A DNA stretch of 64,000 bases from Cyanobacteria bacterium J06626_4 (GCA_038523235.1 JBCBJQ010000008.1:32001-96000); one strand, 5' to 3'; shown: positions 9,518 through 19,464, numbered from the stretch's first letter. The notes: generated from the sequence alone by a model not told the origin. Program-made: numbers and translations.

Positions 9518-10516
9518 ATGTGGAAAGTCTTGGGCTTTATTCAAAAAAATCTCGTCTGGTCAATTCCGACTTTTATGGTGGCCGGAATCATCGTGGGCGC
9601 ATTGACCAATCCAGCCCCCCTCAAGTCGCTCATCATTCCCCTGACTTTCCTCATGGTGTATCCCATGATGATCAACCTGCAGATTCAGAAAGTGCTGTCG
9701 GGGGGGGATACCAAAGTGCAATTAGTGACCCAGCTAATTAACTTCGCGGTGGTGCCGTTTTTTGCCTTTGCGATGGGTAAGGTGTTCTTTAACAATCGCC
9801 CCTTGGTGGCGCTGGGCCTACTGCTGGCGTCTCTGCTGCCCACTAGCGGCATGACCATTTCCTGGACCGGCTTGGCTAAAGGCAATCTCAGCGCTGCCAT
9901 CAAAATGACGGTGATTGGGCTAATTCTGGGTTCCGTGGCCACCCCGTTTTATGCCAAGTGGTTAATGGGCACCGTGGTCGAAATTCCCTTGGCGAGTATT
10001 TTCAAGCAGATTGTGATTATTGTCTTTCTGCCGATGATTTTAGGGTTTATCACCCGCATCTTCTTGATTCAAATCGTGGGGGCCGATAAGTACCACAAAA
10101 GCCTCAAGAAAAAGTTTCCGGCCTTTTCTACTATTGGTGTTTTAGGCATCGTGTTTGTGGCGATGGCATTGAAGGCGAAAGACATCCTTGCCAATCCCGC
10201 CATCTTGCTCTCGTTCTTAATGCCGCTAGCGATCTTGTATGCAGGGAATTTTCTCCTCAGTACCTTGGTCGGTAAGTTCTTTTTTGAACGGGAGGATGCG
10301 ATCGCGCTGGTCTACGGCACCGTCATGCGGAATCTGTCGATTGCTTTAGCGATCGCCATGACCGCCTTCGGCGAAGGGCAAGGATCGGAAATTGCCTTGA
10401 TTATTGCGATGGCCTACATCATCCAGGTGCAGGCAGCGGCCTGGTATGTCCGCTTCACTGATAAAATCTTTGGCCCCAGTGCCGAAAGCCCACCCCGTTT
10501 AAGGCAGTCTGCCTAG
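9518..10516 (+). CDS. SBF/Acr3-like (bile acid:Na+ symporter / arsenic resistance family) transporter
   Basis: Polytopic; MVYPMM, LLPTSGMTISWT, MRNLSIALAIA; AAGGAG RBS before 9518. Confidence 0.75.
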   Translation: MWKVLGFIQKNLVWSIPTFMVAGIIVGALTNPAPLKSLIIPLTFLMVYPMMINLQIQKVLSGGDTKVQLVTQLINFAVVPFFAFAMGKVFFNNRPLVALGLLLASLLPTSGMTISWTGLAKGNLSAAIKMTVIGLILGSVATPFYAKWLMGTVVEIPLASIFKQIVIIVFLPMILGFITRIFLIQIVGADKYHKSLKKKFPAFSTIGVLGIVFVAMALKAKDILANPAILLSFLMPLAILYAGNFLLSTLVGKFFFEREDAIALVYGTVMRNLSIALAIAMTAFGEGQGSEIALIIAMAYIIQVQAAAWYVRFTDKIFGPSAESPPRLRQSA

Positions 10517-10550
10517 ACATCAAGGACTTTTTGTCACCTGAGTTTTACCC

Positions 10551-11048
10551 ATGAAAAAAATCGCGCTGATCTTACTGATGGGCTGGCTATCCATCGGCTT
10601 ATTTGGGGGTGGCATCCCAGGAACTGCAGCACTGGCATCCCCCCAAACAACTGAGGTTGCGGCAGCGGCCACCGACAACACCGCATCGTTTTCAGAGGTG
10701 GATAAATTTCTTCAAGCCATCCCCAGCGACTACTACGCGGTGCAACAAATTGGCACTTTGAAAGGGATGCTCCAGGGTAAAGCGGTCCTGTTAATTGATG
10801 TGCGCGAGCCCTCGGAATTTAGGCATGGCCATATTCCGGGTGCCATCAATATTCCGGTGCGATCGCTGACTCACAACCTGGACAAAATTCCCAAGGATCG
10901 TCCTGTCGTTCTTTACTGTTCCTCGGGTTACCGGACAGCCATGGGCGTAATGGCTTTGCAAATGCTGGGATACAGCAACATTCGAGGCTTTCCACCGAGT
11001 CTTCAAGGTTGGAAAGCAGGCGGCGAGCCCATCGTCAGTTCAGACTGA
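10551..11048 (+). CDS. Exported rhodanese-domain protein
   Basis: Signal peptide; LIDVREPSEF..GHIPGAINIP; CSSGYR. Confidence 0.85.
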   Translation: MKKIALILLMGWLSIGLFGGGIPGTAALASPQTTEVAAAATDNTASFSEVDKFLQAIPSDYYAVQQIGTLKGMLQGKAVLLIDVREPSEFRHGHIPGAINIPVRSLTHNLDKIPKDRPVVLYCSSGYRTAMGVMALQMLGYSNIRGFPPSLQGWKAGGEPIVSSD

Positions 11049-11089
11049 CCTGGCAGCGGGTGGCGAGCGGATTTAATCGAGGAAAAGTA

Positions 11090-11515
11090 ATGGCGGAATT
11101 TTATTGGATACCGGCTTTGGCGGGCGGACTTTTGATTGGCATTAGCGCCACGATGCTCCTGGTCTTTAACGGTCGCATTGCCGGAATTAGCGGCATTGTC
11201 AGTGGCAGTTTGGGCTGGGCGGCGGATCGGCAGTGGCGGTGGCTATTTCTGGTGGGGATGGTCCTAGGGGGTGTCTTCTATGAATATGGTCTGGCGGTGA
11301 GCCCCACCCCTCAGCCCACGGCAGGCGTTTGGCCCATGGTGCTAGGGGGCTTTTTAGTGGGCTTTGGCACGCGTCTCGGCAATGGCTGCACCAGTGGTCA
11401 CGGCGTCTGCGGTTTGGGGCGACTATCGGTGCGATCGCTTGCCGCCGTGGTCACCTTCTTGAGTACCGCCATGGTGACGGTATACATCACTCGTCACGTT
11501 TTGACGCTGGGTTAA
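11090..11515 (+). CDS. YeeE/YedE family sulfur-compound transporter (PmpA-like)
   Basis: GRIAGISG, GCTSGHGVCGLGRLS. Confidence 0.88.
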   Translation: MAEFYWIPALAGGLLIGISATMLLVFNGRIAGISGIVSGSLGWAADRQWRWLFLVGMVLGGVFYEYGLAVSPTPQPTAGVWPMVLGGFLVGFGTRLGNGCTSGHGVCGLGRLSVRSLAAVVTFLSTAMVTVYITRHVLTLG

Positions 11516-11529
11516 CAGGAGAAAACGCA

Positions 11530-11958
11530 ATGAACCCAAAAATTATCGCGTTGCTGTCCGGTCTGCTGTTTGGGCTGGGTCTGGGGCTTTCCCAGATGAT
11601 CGATCGCCAGCGAGTCCTCGGGTTTTTGGATGTCACGGGCACCTGGGATCCGACGTTGTTATTTGTCCTGGGCGGTGCCGTCGCTGTGACGGCGGTAGCC
11701 TTTCGGTTTGTGTTGCGGCTGCCCCATCCCATTTTTGCGAAGACATTCCGGTTACCTACTAAACCAGACATTGACGCCCCTTTGTTGGCAGGTGCGGCCC
11801 TTTTTGGCATCGGCTGGGGCATCTCCGGTTACTGCCCCGGCCCCAGCATTGTTGCTCTGGTGCTGGTGAGTTGGCAACCGCTGGTATTTGTGGCGGCGCT
11901 GGTTGTCGGGATGGCTGCCTATCAAGGCTATCAGTCTGCGACTCGTGCATCCAAGTGA
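11530..11958 (+). CDS. YeeE/YedE family sulfur-compound transporter (PmpB-like)
   Basis: FGLGLGLSQM, WDPTL, FGIGWGISGYCPGP. Confidence 0.88.
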   Translation: MNPKIIALLSGLLFGLGLGLSQMIDRQRVLGFLDVTGTWDPTLLFVLGGAVAVTAVAFRFVLRLPHPIFAKTFRLPTKPDIDAPLLAGAALFGIGWGISGYCPGPSIVALVLVSWQPLVFVAALVVGMAAYQGYQSATRASK

Positions 11959-12242
11959 ATGCTTCAGCATCTCTAGCGATTTCGAGTCACACAACGTCTT
12001 GCGATGGAGACGGGCTAGGTAATGCCGCAGGCGAGTGTTTTGCCCTCCACCCGGGGCATATCGGTCTTGCTAACGATGTGGTCACCTTCTGGGCTGTCAC
12101 TGGGGTAGACCTGTCAGCCATCCGTGATGTAGAAAAAGCAGTGCCACCCACTGACCATCACCCATAACGGTGCGAAAGTCTGCCCACTGCGGTCACCGAC
12201 GACCCATCCGAGGAGACCGGGCCGGCAGTGGTCGACTGTGAA
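11953..12242 (-). pseudogene. Decayed IS1-family transposase (InsB-like) fragment
   Basis: TVDHCRPGLLGWVVGDRSGQTF..WHCFFYITDG*QVYP..GDHIVSKT..RVEG, then after a frameshift NTRLRHYLARLHRKTLCDSKSLEMLKHS; internal stop at 12114. Confidence 0.8.
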
Positions 12243-12296
12243 AGCCAACGCTGCCAGTAATCTGGCTCTCTGCCACAGTCGGAAAATCCTCAGCAT

Positions 12297-13595
12297 CTAC
12301 AACTGCCGATCGCGATCGTCCGACTCTAAAGCGCGACCATAAATTCCCAAACCAAGAGCACCCACCGCCAGGATGCCTACGGCCAAAATGACCTGGAGCA
12401 GGGCCATGCCGCTACCCGGCCCCTGTCCCCACAGCGATATCGCCACCGTGGTTTGATGCTGCATCCACGGTTCAAACACTTGGTCTGCCAATGGCCCCGC
12501 CACGAGATTGGCCGTGAGCATCACCAAAGTTCCCACTAGATAGTCGGCGGCAAAGATGCGTCCCTGCAGCTCTGGCGCGACTCGGTCATACCACATCGCC
12601 ATGTAAGAACTCATGATCAGCGGATTGTGAAAGGACGTGCCAAATCGGGCCGTGGCCCAAACGCTGGGACCGTGACCTAGCCCCAGCAATAGTTTGCTCA
12701 AGCCGGTGCCGATAAAGCCGATCATCAACCCCAGTGGCCGCCGCCGAAAGCCGCCCCAGAGACTAAAGGCGATCGCGCCCACCACACCCCCCAGACCAGA
12801 AGCCGCAACGACCACGCCCAGCATCTGGGTATCGCCGCCGGTGCGGGCTAAAATCATCGGCTGATAAAGTGCCTCACCCACCTGGTGGAGAAAGGTGAAG
12901 GTGGACAAGGCCACCACCATCGCCCGCAAATTGGGGTGAGCGGCAATGTAGCGAAAGCCAAAAGTAATCTCGCCGCTCATCTGCTGCCAGAATGCTGGCT
13001 TTGAGGGGGGTGGGTGGCTCTCGACAGTTTTCTGTGTGGTTACGGGAATTTTGACGATCGCCAGGGTCAGGATAGCGATCGCAAAGGTGGTCATATCAAT
13101 CGTGGTGATTCCCAGTAGGCCGATGAGCGGATACAGCACTCCCGCCAACGCGGGCGACAGGATAACGGCCCCATGTTCTACCAAGGCCCCCATGCTGCTG
13201 GCGCGGGTGTGATGCTGCGGGGGCACAATCAGCGGCACCAAGGTCGCGTAGGTCAGGCTTTGCACATTGCCAAAGCAGCCAATGATGGCCGCGATTAAAT
13301 AGATGTGCCAAATTTGCAAGATTTGCCACCCTGCCAAAATCCCCACGGAGAGGGTACAGCAGGCGGCCCCCGCGTCACTCAACCACAGCAGCACTTTTCT
13401 TGGCACTTGATCAATCAAGATGCCGGAGAACAGCGTAATCGCTAGCTGTGGCAGCTGATAGAAGACGAGGATGAGCGCGATCGCGGTGGCGGACTGGGTG
13501 CGCTGCCACATCCAGAGGGTGAGCGCAAAGTAGGTCATGCTGCTGCCGATGGCAGAAACCATCTGCCCCAGCCAGAGGATGAGAAAAGTCCGCAC
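12297..13595 (-). CDS. MFS transporter (DHA3/macrolide-efflux-like)
   Basis: MRTFLILWLGQMVSAIGS, LQGRIF, GPLADQVFEP; polytopic; paralog of 26326 and 58107. Confidence 0.9.
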   Translation of the reverse strand: MRTFLILWLGQMVSAIGSSMTYFALTLWMWQRTQSATAIALILVFYQLPQLAITLFSGILIDQVPRKVLLWLSDAGAACCTLSVGILAGWQILQIWHIYLIAAIIGCFGNVQSLTYATLVPLIVPPQHHTRASSMGALVEHGAVILSPALAGVLYPLIGLLGITTIDMTTFAIAILTLAIVKIPVTTQKTVESHPPPSKPAFWQQMSGEITFGFRYIAAHPNLRAMVVALSTFTFLHQVGEALYQPMILARTGGDTQMLGVVVAASGLGGVVGAIAFSLWGGFRRRPLGLMIGFIGTGLSKLLLGLGHGPSVWATARFGTSFHNPLIMSSYMAMWYDRVAPELQGRIFAADYLVGTLVMLTANLVAGPLADQVFEPWMQHQTTVAISLWGQGPGSGMALLQVILAVGILAVGALGLGIYGRALESDDRDRQL

Positions 13596-13648
13596 AATAT
13601 CAGGTCAGAATCTGAGCAGAAGCATCCTAAAGGTTCTGCGGGCCAAAT

Positions 13649-13689
13649 TCCTTTGCGTGCCGGAGTTTTTTCTTTGCTAAACGAACTTT
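13649..13689 (-). promoter_or_regulatory. Putative AraC direct-repeat operator upstream of MFS
   Basis: CTTTGC at 13651 and 13672 (period 21); TTCTTTGCTAAACGAACTTT is 18/20 identical to the repeat unit at 19524. Confidence 0.55.
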
Positions 13690-13692
13690 GCT

Positions 13693-14427
13693 TCAGCCGG
13701 GTAAACTAGCCCTCTCTTGATCTCTGTGCCTGAGCCAAAAGATCGATAGAGCCGCAATCAGGCTAAACAGGCCCAGCAAGCCCAAAATGGCCCAGTCTCC
13801 CAAAGGCCAATCCCACCCCAGCCCTTCTCCCAACCAGAATGTGCCTAGAGCAGACAGCAAGATACCCGTACCCAACTTGATGAACACATCTGGCACCTTG
13901 ACTAGGTAAGCATGTAGGGCAACGACCAACACCACTGAGCCCACACCGGCAACGCCAACTGCGCCCAAGACTTCACGCCAAGCATTAGAGGCGGTGCCTA
14001 GAGTGATGGCAATGACAGCGATCTCAAAGGCTTCTAAAGCAGCACTCTTCGTCATGACGATAAAGTTGGCGGTGCTAAATCCTCGCTGCTCCGTCTCTAG
14101 GGAAATCGCTTCGGCAGCTAGGGGATCGTCATCTAACCAGCCAGCCCGCCGTCCGCTAGCTTGCCGCTGCACCGCTTTTTTAGCCCAGCCCCAACCAAAC
14201 CACAGCAACACGATGCCAGTGACGATTTGCAGCCAGTGCAGGGGAATCGCTTGGATACTTGTGCCCAGAGCGATCGCCGCCAGGGCAACAGCAGAGATGC
14301 CAATCAGGCAGCCCGCGATCGCTTCCCGTCTGTAACCCGAACGGGCGATCGCATAAGCAATGACCGCTGTTTCTAAAAATTCCAGACTGGCGCTACCACC
14401 AGTCGCGATTGCGATATTCCAGTTCAT
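13693..14427 (-). CDS. COG4280-like membrane protein with two ExxE motifs
   Basis: Hydrophobic; internal repeat LEFLETAVI / LEAFEIAVI; LGTFWLGEG. Confidence 0.7.
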   Translation of the reverse strand: MNWNIAIATGGSASLEFLETAVIAYAIARSGYRREAIAGCLIGISAVALAAIALGTSIQAIPLHWLQIVTGIVLLWFGWGWAKKAVQRQASGRRAGWLDDDPLAAEAISLETEQRGFSTANFIVMTKSAALEAFEIAVIAITLGTASNAWREVLGAVGVAGVGSVVLVVALHAYLVKVPDVFIKLGTGILLSALGTFWLGEGLGWDWPLGDWAILGLLGLFSLIAALSIFWLRHRDQERASLPG

Positions 14428-14542
14428 AGAGGGTTAGGGCAATAGGTTCAATGAAATGATATTTCCAGATAGCCAAAAACCGCAGTGCTTAATTGTCAGG
14501 GATAGCTCATCGATGGCCAAAAACAGCTCCGTATGAGGAAAT

Positions 14543-14700
14543 CTACGATTGTGGAGCCGAGAGGAATTGCTCTTTGAGTTCTTCTAGATACAGCTCAGTA
14601 CCGATGGGGCTGGGTAGTCCTAGACAGAGATAGAGAGATAGGCCGGGATGAAATAGACGCGCTCCGCTTTGCTAGCGTCGAGGGATGGGGCCTTGGCGCA
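14543..14700 (-). pseudogene. 3' relic of an iron-siderophore binding protein gene
   Basis: SLDASKAERVYFIPAYL/[8-nt duplication]/CLGLPSPIGTELYLEELKEQF, paralogous to the C-terminus of 15554-16612. Confidence 0.75.
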
Positions 14701-14789
14701 GCCTATACAGTGGAGAATTGCGGGGTTTCTCCATTGGAGAATCACTATAATTAGTTCAATTGCACCCTTGCGGAGCGAAACGACCCATC

Positions 14790-15527
14790 ATGTTTTCATC
14801 CGTCAATCAAGCGCTGCCCAGTGCCGAAGAACTCCCCTGCTCGGACGATACCCCTGTGGATAACGTAGGCCGAAGGACGTCGCGAAGCGAGGATCAAAAT
14901 CTGCTGCCCAATTTGCTGCTGCTGCTGTTGACGCATCTGTGGTCAGAGCGCCTGGACTGGTACTTTGGGGCCGATATGGCGATTTACCACACCACCGGGC
15001 CAAGTCATCTGGTGCCGGTAGTGCCCGATGGCTTTCTAAGCCTGGGAGTAGAGCGCAAAAAGGGCGGTAAGTCGCGGCGCAGCTATGTGATGTGGGAAGA
15101 GCAGGACATTCCCCCTATGTTTGTGCTGGAGATGGTGTCTCATCAGCCGGGGGATGAGTACACCCGCAAACTAGAAACCTACAGCCGACTAGGGGTGCTG
15201 TACTACGTCATTTACAATCCTGAGTTTTGGCAGCGCGATTGTCCTACGGACACGTTTCACGAACGCCATCAGCCGTTTGAGGTTTATAAACTAGAGGGCG
15301 ATACCTATCGCTTGCAGATTGGCGAACCTTACTGGATGCCAGAAGTCGGATTAGGGATTGGGCGCTATCAGGGACAGGTCGGTGGCATACCGCAAGAAAT
15401 TTTGACCTGGTACGACGCCCAGGGCCATCGTCATCTGAGTGCCGCAGAGCAGGAACGACAACGAGTGGAACGGCTAGAGGCGTATTTGCGATCGCAGGGC
15501 ATTGACCCCAATGACCTTCCCTCGTAG
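14790..15527 (+). CDS. Uma2 family (PD-(D/E)XK) endonuclease with two in-frame 8-aa insertions
   Basis: LPCSDDTPVDN, VPDGFLSLGV, VLEMVS, YYVIYNP; inserted VGRRTSRS and CPTDTFHE. Confidence 0.85.
   Translation: MFSSVNQALPSAEELPCSDDTPVDNVGRRTSRSEDQNLLPNLLLLLLTHLWSERLDWYFGADMAIYHTTGPSHLVPVVPDGFLSLGVERKKGGKSRRSYVMWEEQDIPPMFVLEMVSHQPGDEYTRKLETYSRLGVLYYVIYNPEFWQRDCPTDTFHERHQPFEVYKLEGDTYRLQIGEPYWMPEVGLGIGRYQGQVGGIPQEILTWYDAQGHRHLSAAEQERQRVERLEAYLRSQGIDPNDLPS
14865..14888. mobile_element. 24-nt double-hairpin insertion (SDR-like)
   Basis: GTAGGCCGAAGGACGTCGCGAAGC splits DTPVDN|EDQN; hairpins CC-GAA-GG and CGC-GAA-GCG. Confidence 0.7.
15240..15263 (+). mobile_element. 24-nt double-hairpin insertion (SDR-like) inside a HIP1 site
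   Basis: GCGAT[TGTCC-TAC-GGACA CGT-TTC-ACG AA]CGC; removal restores GCGATCGC and WQRDRHQPF. Confidence 0.8.
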
Positions 15528-15553
15528 GGGCAATGGTCTGCTGGAACGCGAAG

Positions 15554-16612
15554 CTAATCTGACGGCAACAGCTGTTTTTGCAGTTCTTTCAGGTACAACT
15601 TGGTGCCGATGGGGCCGGGTAGTCCTAAGCAGAGATAGGCTGGAATGAAATAGACGCGATCGGCTTGGCTGGCATCTAGAGATTGAGCGATCGCATTATC
15701 TTCCCAAGCTTTTTCCAAACCTGACAGCTGCCTTTCTTCAAACTGTTCTAAATCAGTAACACCTTGCAGGTTGTTAAAGTTACTGCCCAACAAAATGATG
15801 GAGTCGGCATCATTCAACTGTGGCAACGTCTCAATGGAAATTGGATCTGACAAACCAGATTCAGGTGGTTCAGAATCTGGCAATGACACTAGCTGAAATC
15901 CCAATGCCTTGATCAAAGAACTACAAAGCCCGTGACCAGAGTTACCCAATCTAATTTCTCGGAGCTGCGATGAATTCAGCAGTAGAACTTCAGGATAAGC
16001 TTCAACGATAGGCGCAAACGTCTCGCGGGCTGATGTAATCCGCCGCTCCGCTTGTGCCATCAGCATGGTGGCCTCTTCTTCGCGATCAATGGCTTTGGCG
16101 ATCGTACTAAAGCCTTGATCGACATCTTCCCATTTGATTAGCAGTGTAGGAGCGATGCTAGATAGCTCATCGTACTGAGCCGCGTTGCTGAATACTGTTC
16201 CTAAAATCAAATCTGGTTGAGCTTTAACGATGGCCTCAAGAGAAGGGGTATAAGCTATGCCTACATTGGTGACCGGCGGAGTGACTTGAGAACCTAAATA
16301 CGGAATTTGCTGACTCGGATTGTCGTAGTCTTCTTGATGCACTGCCATGTGGTCAGCGAACCCTACCGGCTGCTCACCCAGCGCTAGCACGAATTCCAGG
16401 ACATAGGGTCCTAGTACAACAATTCTCTGGGGTTGACCGCAAATTTCAGTTTCCCCAGCCTCATGCTGAATCGTCTGGCAGTCAGGGGAACCAGACAATG
16501 AGGGAGAACTGGCGTCTGGCGGTGTTTGATTGGTTTGACTTTGGCAAGCTGCGATCTCCACTGACACAATCAAACTCAAAGTCAGCAGTCTAGCCCTTAG
16601 CATTCCTGACAT
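15554..16612 (-). CDS. Iron-siderophore ABC periplasmic binding lipoprotein (FhuD/FecB-like)
   Basis: Lipobox IAAC, PQRIVVL, PSLEAI..QPDLILG, LSSIAPT. Confidence 0.9.
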   Translation of the reverse strand: MSGMLRARLLTLSLIVSVEIAACQSQTNQTPPDASSPSLSGSPDCQTIQHEAGETEICGQPQRIVVLGPYVLEFVLALGEQPVGFADHMAVHQEDYDNPSQQIPYLGSQVTPPVTNVGIAYTPSLEAIVKAQPDLILGTVFSNAAQYDELSSIAPTLLIKWEDVDQGFSTIAKAIDREEEATMLMAQAERRITSARETFAPIVEAYPEVLLLNSSQLREIRLGNSGHGLCSSLIKALGFQLVSLPDSEPPESGLSDPISIETLPQLNDADSIILLGSNFNNLQGVTDLEQFEERQLSGLEKAWEDNAIAQSLDASQADRVYFIPAYLCLGLPGPIGTKLYLKELQKQLLPSD

Positions 16613-16720
16613 GGTTAGATTCAACCTTTTATATTCATATTTCCAATAAGCTCTCTGTCGCAATTTTCCTATCTATAATCTGGCAGCAAGACCAAACTTT
16701 ATAGCATCAATTTAACTGTA

Positions 16721-19447
16721 TCAGAACGTGTAGGAGAAAGACGCTTTAACCGTCAGTGGATCGCCTCGACTGATGCCGTTTCTAACACCAGAAGTGCGAA
16801 CGTAGTCAACATCGAATATGTTGTCAATATTGAGTTGTGCCTGCCAATCACTTTGTTGGTAAAAGATAGCTGCATTGGCGAGAAAATAGCTGTCGATCTG
16901 ATAGCTATTTTCTAAATCGCCCTGCTGCTCTCCAACAAAGTTAAACCCTAAACCAAAGCCAAGTCCCTGCAAGTCTCCGGACTGGATTTCGTAAGTTGTC
17001 CACAAGCTAGCACTATGTTCGGGAGCACCAAACAGCCTGTTTCCAACAATATCAGTATTGTTATCTTCAGTTACTTCCGCATCAATGTAAGCATAGGAAG
17101 CGACAACATTCCACCCTGGCAAGATTTCACCAGTCAAGTTGAAATCAACTCCTCGACTCCGCTGTTCTCCAGTGGCGACTGAGGAAAAAGGGTTATTTGG
17201 GTCAGGATCAGGGGTTGCTACATTTTGTTTGGTGATATCGAAGTAGGCGAGTGTCGCTGCGAGGCGATTTTCGATAATCTCACCTCTAATGCCCACCTCA
17301 AATCCTTCGCCCTCTTCAGAGTCTAGAAAATTTCCATCGGCATCAATCTCTGAATTCGGCACAAATGATCGGGAATAGTTGGCGTACAGAGAAATTGGTT
17401 CAATCGGTTGATAGACCACGCCGATTCTAGGAACAAAAGCATCATCATATTGCTCTGTTACGGCATCAGTAAAACGGTCAGTTGTTTCTTGATTGACAGT
17501 GTTGTAACGCAGCCCAGCAACAATGATTAAGTTATCCAGAATATCAATTTGATCCTGTAGGTAAATTCCCAGCTGTTCTGTCTCAATCGGATTATTGAGA
17601 AAATCAAAGGGGGGAAGGCTGTCCTTGGTTGGAAAGGATGAAGGATCGGGGTAGTTTGGATCAAATATGTTGATTAGAGAGGTAGCGCCAGGATCAAATC
17701 CTGATGAACTCTCTTGATTCCAACGAGTCAAATCAATCCCGGCCAACAGCGTATGTTCTATAGAGCCTGTACTGAATTTGCCCTCGATGTTGGTGTAAAG
17801 CGAGTACGTATCGACTTCAGTGTCTTGAAACGTAAATGCGCGGGTCAGAATTCCCGTAGATTCGTCTATAAAAAGCCCAATTGGAAACACGTCAGTCTCA
17901 TAGTTGCTAGAGGTAAAGCGAAACTGATTGCGTAGTTGCCAGTTTTCGCTAAAACGATGCTCTAGAGCATACCCAATGTTCAGATAATCTTGCTCAACGG
18001 TATCGTCAGGGTTGTTGAGTACTAGATCCAAAGGAATCGGTTCGATGCCATCTCCAAACGGAATCAGGCCAGCATCAAGAGGCTCCTTATCTTCGATATA
18101 CTCCAGGTTGACGATCAAATCGGTCTGATCGCTAATCAGCCAGGTCAACGTTGGGCCGATAAAGAAGCGCTCAAGATTGTTGTCAAAATCGCGAAAACTA
18201 TCTTCTTGTCGATATAGCGCATTTAAGCGATAGAGAACACTACCATCGGCGGTTAGGGGGCCTGACAAATCAATACTGGGATTGACAAATCCGCCATTAC
18301 CCACTTGAAATTGAAGGTCGTAATAAGGTTCTGGTAGGGGCTGCTTAGTCACCAAGTTAATTACACCGCCTGGTTCTGCCTGCCCATATAAAACAGATGC
18401 AGGTCCTCTCAGCACCTCCACACGCTCTAGGTTTGCGACTTCTGGCTCAGCGGCATCGCCAATAAAATTAGGAAGGAGAAAGCCATCTCGCAAGATGGGA
18501 ACGTTGTCAAAGCCACGAATACTAAATCCGAGACCACGACCAGCATTGTTGCCTAAAAACGTTACTCCAGCAGCGTTTTCGAGTACATCTTCTAATCCAA
18601 TTGCCTGTTGGTCTTCAATCACCTGACGCGGAATTACCTGTATCGATTGAGGCACATCGCGCAGGGGGGTATCCGTGCGGGTAGCAGTGCTAGCGTCGGG
18701 CACAAAATAATCATCGTCATCCGCTTCCCCCGTCACCACGACCTGAATCGCTTCCTCATCCGGGGCCTGAACGGTAGGATCGCCAGGCACACCGCTGATC
18801 GTGAGGCCGGCGGGAGCAACATTGAGATTAACAGTGGGCGGGGCATCGGTGCCGGTAATGGCAATCCGTACTTGGTTATCCGGCAGGTTGGTGACGTTGA
18901 TTAGCGAGATGCCCTCGGCGGGATTGCTGGCAAAGAATTCTTCGCTGTCTGGCAGTTGCAAAACGGCATTGGGGATGTCAGCGATCGCCGCATTTCCGGT
19001 TATCGAAGTTGCTGGCGCAGCCAATTCACCACTTGCCTCTAACTGCAGGCTAAACCCATCGGCGGTTTCTGTAATTTGCACATTGGTAATCGCGACTGGC
19101 TGGGTTTGAGCGATCGGGTCGGGCGATACTGGCGTGTTCTCTGGTTCAGCTTCGGCTGCTGTCAGGGGTGTGGGGTCCGCTGAGGAATCCATCACCGCTG
19201 CGACCTCTGCTGATGGGAGTTCTGCCAAGGGGACAACCACCGCTATGGGTGAGACTTCAGCATCTGACAAGACTGATGCGGTTTCTGGTTCAGTCAGTAG
19301 TGCTGTCGCTGAAGTGGAGTCAATCATCGCTGGATCGCCCTCAGGTAGAGGCATTAGCGTTTCTGCTAGGGCGGGTTCCATTGCTAGGGCCGCAATCGCC
19401 CCGACGCCAATCGTCCAAGCCGTGCCATACGCTAGTTTGGTCATCAT
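16721..19447 (-). CDS. TonB-dependent siderophore receptor with AMIN domain (FhuA-like)
   Basis: AMIN region, TRTDTPLRDVPQSIQV, ERVEVLRGPASVLYG, C-terminal SYTF. Confidence 0.93.
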   Translation of the reverse strand: MMTKLAYGTAWTIGVGAIAALAMEPALAETLMPLPEGDPAMIDSTSATALLTEPETASVLSDAEVSPIAVVVPLAELPSAEVAAVMDSSADPTPLTAAEAEPENTPVSPDPIAQTQPVAITNVQITETADGFSLQLEASGELAAPATSITGNAAIADIPNAVLQLPDSEEFFASNPAEGISLINVTNLPDNQVRIAITGTDAPPTVNLNVAPAGLTISGVPGDPTVQAPDEEAIQVVVTGEADDDDYFVPDASTATRTDTPLRDVPQSIQVIPRQVIEDQQAIGLEDVLENAAGVTFLGNNAGRGLGFSIRGFDNVPILRDGFLLPNFIGDAAEPEVANLERVEVLRGPASVLYGQAEPGGVINLVTKQPLPEPYYDLQFQVGNGGFVNPSIDLSGPLTADGSVLYRLNALYRQEDSFRDFDNNLERFFIGPTLTWLISDQTDLIVNLEYIEDKEPLDAGLIPFGDGIEPIPLDLVLNNPDDTVEQDYLNIGYALEHRFSENWQLRNQFRFTSSNYETDVFPIGLFIDESTGILTRAFTFQDTEVDTYSLYTNIEGKFSTGSIEHTLLAGIDLTRWNQESSSGFDPGATSLINIFDPNYPDPSSFPTKDSLPPFDFLNNPIETEQLGIYLQDQIDILDNLIIVAGLRYNTVNQETTDRFTDAVTEQYDDAFVPRIGVVYQPIEPISLYANYSRSFVPNSEIDADGNFLDSEEGEGFEVGIRGEIIENRLAATLAYFDITKQNVATPDPDPNNPFSSVATGEQRSRGVDFNLTGEILPGWNVVASYAYIDAEVTEDNNTDIVGNRLFGAPEHSASLWTTYEIQSGDLQGLGFGLGFNFVGEQQGDLENSYQIDSYFLANAAIFYQQSDWQAQLNIDNIFDVDYVRTSGVRNGISRGDPLTVKASFSYTF

Positions 19448-19464
19448 GCTCCGTTCACCACACT

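Noticed and set aside
14769..14785. GCGGAGCGAAACGAC as another micro-insertion
   Set aside because: Too short and degenerate; no reconstructable empty site.
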